DNA of 64,000 nucleotides from Escherichia coli (GTDB lineage Bacteria; Pseudomonadota; Gammaproteobacteria; Enterobacterales; Enterobacteriaceae): NCBI RefSeq assembly GCF_041248615.1, contig NZ_CP158426.1; one strand, 5' to 3'. Shown piece by piece: positions 60,503 to 64,000 of this stretch (position 1 is its first letter; each line of letters starts with the position of its first letter). The notes under the pieces were generated by a model. It saw only the letters and a program-made list of their open reading frames with translations, ran no database searches and was not told where the DNA came from. The position numbers and the translations under genes were made by a program.

Positions 60503-61631
60503 CAGCAGCGAAGAAAAAACAGAGAAACCCTCGGCGCAAAAGCTGCGTAAAGCGCGTGAAGAGGGGCAACTGCCGCGCTCGAAGGATATGGGGCTGGCAG
60601 CGAGCCTGTTTGCGGCGTTTGTGGTGATCTCCAGCAGCTTCCCGTGGTATGCCGATTTTGTGCGCGAGAGTTTTATCAGCGTGCATCAGTACGCGCAGGA
60701 GATTAATAACCCGCAGGTGATCGGTCAGTTTCTGCGCCACCACCTGTTAATTCTCGGCAAGTTTATCCTTACGTTGCTGCCGATGCCCGCCGCCGCGCTG
60801 CTCTCTTCGCTGGTGCCGGGCGGCTGGCTGTTTCTGCCGAAAAAAATCCTCCCGGATTTCAGCAAAATTAGCCCGTTAAAAGGCATTGGGCGTCTGTTTT
60901 CCAGTGAACATCTGGCGGAAACGGGAAAGATGACGGTGAAGTCTGCCGTGGTGCTGGTGATGCTGTGGGTAAGCCTGCGCAATAACTTTGCCGCCTTTCT
61001 CGGCCTGCAGGCGCTGCCGTTCAAACTGGCGATGAATGACGGTTTGTCGCTCTACGCCAGCGTGATGCGCAACTTTGTCATCCTGTTTATTTTCTTTGCG
61101 CTTCTCGACGTGCCGCTGGCGAAAGCCCTGTTCACCAAAGGGCTGAAGATGACCAAACAAGAACTGAAAGAAGAGTACAAAAATCAGGAAGGCAAGCCGG
61201 AAGTGAAGGCGCGCGTGCGGCGGCTGCAACGGCAGCTGGCGATGGGGCAAATTCGCAAAGTGGTGCCAAAGGCCAACGTGGTGATCACCAACCCGACCCA
61301 CTACGCCGTGGCGTTGCAGTATGACCAGTCGCGTGCCGCCGCGCCGTTTGTGGTGGCGAAAGGCACCGATGAAATCGCCCTCTATATTCGCCAGGTCGCT
61401 GCTGAAAGTCAGGTGGAAGTGGTCGAGTTCCCGCGGCTGGCGCGCTCGGTTTACTACACCACTCAGGTGAATCAGCAAATTCCTTTTCAGCTTTACCGGG
61501 CTATCGCCCACGTTCTGACCTACGTCCTGCAAATGAAACACTGGCGCGAGGGCGCACAGCCGCGCCCGGCCCTGAACAGACATATTTCCATTCCCAAAGA
61601 GGTGCTTAAACTGGATGGCGAAAACAACTAA
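60492..61631 (+). CDS. lfhB: Export switch protein FlhB homologue
   Basis: 379 aa, NPTH autocleavage motif (VVITNPTHYAVAL). Confidence 0.9.
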   Translation: MADSSSEEKTEKPSAQKLRKAREEGQLPRSKDMGLAASLFAAFVVISSSFPWYADFVRESFISVHQYAQEINNPQVIGQFLRHHLLILGKFILTLLPMPAAALLSSLVPGGWLFLPKKILPDFSKISPLKGIGRLFSSEHLAETGKMTVKSAVVLVMLWVSLRNNFAAFLGLQALPFKLAMNDGLSLYASVMRNFVILFIFFALLDVPLAKALFTKGLKMTKQELKEEYKNQEGKPEVKARVRRLQRQLAMGQIRKVVPKANVVITNPTHYAVALQYDQSRAAAPFVVAKGTDEIALYIRQVAAESQVEVVEFPRLARSVYYTTQVNQQIPFQLYRAIAHVLTYVLQMKHWREGAQPRPALNRHISIPKEVLKLDGENN

Positions 61632-63708
61632 ATCGTTCCTCGCGCTGCTGCGCGGCGGCAATCTCGGCGTGCCGCTGGTGATCCTGTGTATTCTGGCGAT
61701 GGTTATTCTGCCGCTGCCGCCTGCGTTGCTGGATATTCTGTTCACCTTCAACATTGTGCTGGCGGTGATGGTGCTGCTGGTGGCCGTGTCGGCGAAACGT
61801 CCGCTGGAATTCAGCCTGTTCCCGACCATTTTGCTGATCACCACCTTAATGCGCCTGACGCTCAACGTTGCTTCTACGCGCGTGGTGTTGCTGCACGGGC
61901 ATCTCGGCGCGGGCGCGGCGGGTAAGGTGATTGAGTCATTTGGTCAGGTGGTGATTGGCGGCAACTTTGTCGTCGGCTTCGTGGTGTTTATCATCCTGAT
62001 GATCATCAACTTTATCGTCGTCACCAAAGGGGCCGAGCGTATTTCCGAGGTTTCTGCCCGCTTTACCCTGGACGCGATGCCCGGCAAACAGATGGCGATT
62101 GACGCCGATCTTAACGCCGGGTTGATCAACCAGGCGCAGGCGCAAACCCGGCGTAAAGATGTTGCCAGCGAGGCCGATTTCTACGGCGCAATGGACGGGG
62201 CATCGAAGTTTGTGCGCGGGGATGCCATCGCCGGGATGATGATTCTGGCGATCAACCTGATCGGCGGCGTCTGTATCGGGATCTTCAAATACAACCTGAG
62301 CGCCGATGCCGCCTTCCAGCAATATGTGCTGATGACCATCGGCGACGGCCTGGTGGCGCAGATCCCGTCCCTGCTGCTTTCCACCGCGGCGGCGATTATC
62401 GTCACCCGCGTCAGCGACAACGGCGATATTGCCCATGACGTGCGTAACCAGTTGCTGGCAAGCCCGTCGGTGCTCTACACCGCCACCGGGATCATGTTTG
62501 TGCTGGCGGTTGTGCCGGGGATGCCGCATCTGCCGTTTTTGCTGTTCAGCGCCCTGCTTGGTTTTACCGGCTGGCGGATGAGCAAACGCCCGCAGGCGGC
62601 GGAGGCGGAAGAGAAAAGCCTCGAAACACTGACCCGAACCATCACCGAAACCAGCGAGCAACAGGTCAGTTGGGAAACTATTCCGCTGATCGAGCCCATC
62701 AGCTTAAGCCTCGGCTACAAGCTGGTGGCGCTGGTGGACAAAGCACAGGGTAACCCGCTCACCCAGCGGATTCGCGGCGTGCGGCAGGTGATTTCTGACG
62801 GTAACGGCGTGCTGCTGCCGGAGATCCGCATTCGGGAAAACTTCCGCCTCAAGCCCAGCCAGTACGCCATTTTCATCAATGGCATTAAGGCTGATGAAGC
62901 GGATATTCCGGCGGATAAACTGATGGCCCTGCCCTCCAGCGAAACCTACGGCGAGATTGACGGCGTGCTGGGGAACGACCCGGCGTACGGGATGCCGGTG
63001 ACCTGGATCCAGCCCGCGCAGAAAGCGAAAGCGCTGAATATGGGGTATCAGGTGATCGACAGCGCCAGCGTGATTGCCACCCATGTGAACAAGATTGTCC
63101 GCAGCTATATTCCTGATTTGTTTAACTATGATGACATCACGCAGTTGCATAACCGTTTGTCGTCGATGGCACCGCGCCTGGCGGAAGATTTGAGCGCGGC
63201 GCTCAATTACAGCCAATTGCTGAAAGTGTACCGGGCGCTGCTGACCGAAGGCGTTTCCCTGCGCGATATTGTCACCATCGCCACCGTGCTGGTCGCCAGT
63301 AGCACAGTGACCAAAGATCATATCCTGCTGGCGGCCGATGTGCGCCTGGCATTGCGGCGCAGCATTACCCATCCGTTCGTTCGCAAGCAGGAGCTGACGG
63401 TGTATACGCTGAATAATGAGCTGGAAAATCTGCTCACCAACGTGGTGAATCAGGCGCAACAGGGCGGGAAAGTGATGCTCGACAGCGTGCCGGTCGATCC
63501 GAATATGCTCAACCAGTTCCAGAGTACGATGCCGCAGGTAAAAGAGCAGATGAAAGCGGCGGGGAAAGACCCGGTGCTGCTGGTGCCGCCGCAGTTGCGT
63601 CCTTTGCTGGCGCGTTATGCAAGGTTGTTTGCGCCGGGGCTGCATGTGCTGTCGTATAACGAAGTGCCGGACGAGCTGGAGTTGAAGATTATGGGGGCGT
63701 TGAGTTGA
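61615..63708 (+). CDS. lfhA: Export-gate protein FlhA homologue (intact; K-12 fhiA is the truncated counterpart)
   Basis: 697 aa, N-terminal 8-TM domain plus cytoplasmic domain. Confidence 0.9.
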   Translation: MAKTTKSFLALLRGGNLGVPLVILCILAMVILPLPPALLDILFTFNIVLAVMVLLVAVSAKRPLEFSLFPTILLITTLMRLTLNVASTRVVLLHGHLGAGAAGKVIESFGQVVIGGNFVVGFVVFIILMIINFIVVTKGAERISEVSARFTLDAMPGKQMAIDADLNAGLINQAQAQTRRKDVASEADFYGAMDGASKFVRGDAIAGMMILAINLIGGVCIGIFKYNLSADAAFQQYVLMTIGDGLVAQIPSLLLSTAAAIIVTRVSDNGDIAHDVRNQLLASPSVLYTATGIMFVLAVVPGMPHLPFLLFSALLGFTGWRMSKRPQAAEAEEKSLETLTRTITETSEQQVSWETIPLIEPISLSLGYKLVALVDKAQGNPLTQRIRGVRQVISDGNGVLLPEIRIRENFRLKPSQYAIFINGIKADEADIPADKLMALPSSETYGEIDGVLGNDPAYGMPVTWIQPAQKAKALNMGYQVIDSASVIATHVNKIVRSYIPDLFNYDDITQLHNRLSSMAPRLAEDLSAALNYSQLLKVYRALLTEGVSLRDIVTIATVLVASSTVTKDHILLAADVRLALRRSITHPFVRKQELTVYTLNNELENLLTNVVNQAQQGGKVMLDSVPVDPNMLNQFQSTMPQVKEQMKAAGKDPVLLVPPQLRPLLARYARLFAPGLHVLSYNEVPDELELKIMGALS

Positions 63709-63736
63709 TGGGGGAGACTATATAAGGTCTCGGACT

Positions 63737-63762
63737 GTCCCCTCGCCCCTTTGGGGAGAGGG
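63737..63762. repeat. Inverted copy of the GC-rich palindromic repeat seen at 57261-57300
   Basis: gtcccctcgcccctttggggagaggg versus reverse complement of 57274-57300 gtcccctcgccccatccggggagaggg. Confidence 0.6.
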
Positions 63763-63805
63763 AGAAAAACGTGTACGACTTTAACTTTTTCGCAGTATTG
63801 CCGTC

Positions 63806-64000
63806 CTACAAAATCGTCTCTTCCGTCAAAATCCTGCGCGCGCCTAAAAAATGATCCTGCCAGAAAGGTTCAGCTAACCGACTTACCCGAATGGTTTCCC
63901 CGGTGCGCGGCGACTCGATAAACTGACCGTCTCCCAGATACACGCCCATATGATCGGCAATCTCGCGGCTGTGGATATGGAAAAACAGCAAATCTCCCCG
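63806..64000 (-). CDS. yafL: NlpC/P60-family peptidase, C-terminal part (gene runs off the window)
   Basis: C-terminal NlpC/P60-like motif (HMGVYLGDGQFIESPRTGE); position matches yafL next to fhiA in K-12. Confidence 0.5.
   Translation of the reverse strand, partial: RGDLLFFHIHSREIADHMGVYLGDGQFIESPRTGETIRVSRLAEPFWQDHFLGARRILTEETIL

Noticed and set aside
60876-63645. Three long minus-strand ORFs (329, 241 and 313 aa)
   Set aside because: All lie antisense within the FlhB and FlhA homologue genes, whose own translations are strongly conserved; artefacts of high GC content.

Overview
The window reads as an Escherichia coli-type chromosomal segment, identified from memory of protein families and gene order rather than any database search. 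The first ~23 kb is conserved backbone: ecpE, ykgJ, yagU, paoABCD, a small paoD-to-thrW islet, tRNA-Thr thrW, proBA, phoE, crl, frsA, gpt, pepD, prfH/ykfJ remnants, and the LexA-controlled dinB-yafNOP operon. The remaining ~40 kb (23.2-63.7 kb) is an apparently intact lateral-flagellar Flag-2 gene cluster, the locus that E. coli K-12 retains only as the fhiA and mbhA remnants. It sits between dinB and a partial NlpC/P60 gene at the window end. Within it I find structural, export, motor and regulatory genes, three perfect sigma-54 promoter matches, and REP/BIME repeats. The two most interesting contents are an AT-rich EcoRII-like restriction-modification gene pair between lfgA and lfgM, and a putative flagellar glycerol-phosphate modification module. 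That module comprises a TagD-like glycerol-3-phosphate cytidylyltransferase fused to the end of the lafK-lfiEFGHIJ operon, an 821-aa three-domain transferase, and a 311-aa unknown protein behind its own sigma-54 promoter. Neither is a new protein family; the novelty, if any, is their placement, and I cannot tell from the sequence whether the reference Flag-2 locus already carries them. No CRISPR array, IS element, transposase or integrase was found. Starts were adjusted from the ORF track where homology, signal peptides or promoter position indicated; antisense ORFs inside GC-rich genes were treated as artefacts.
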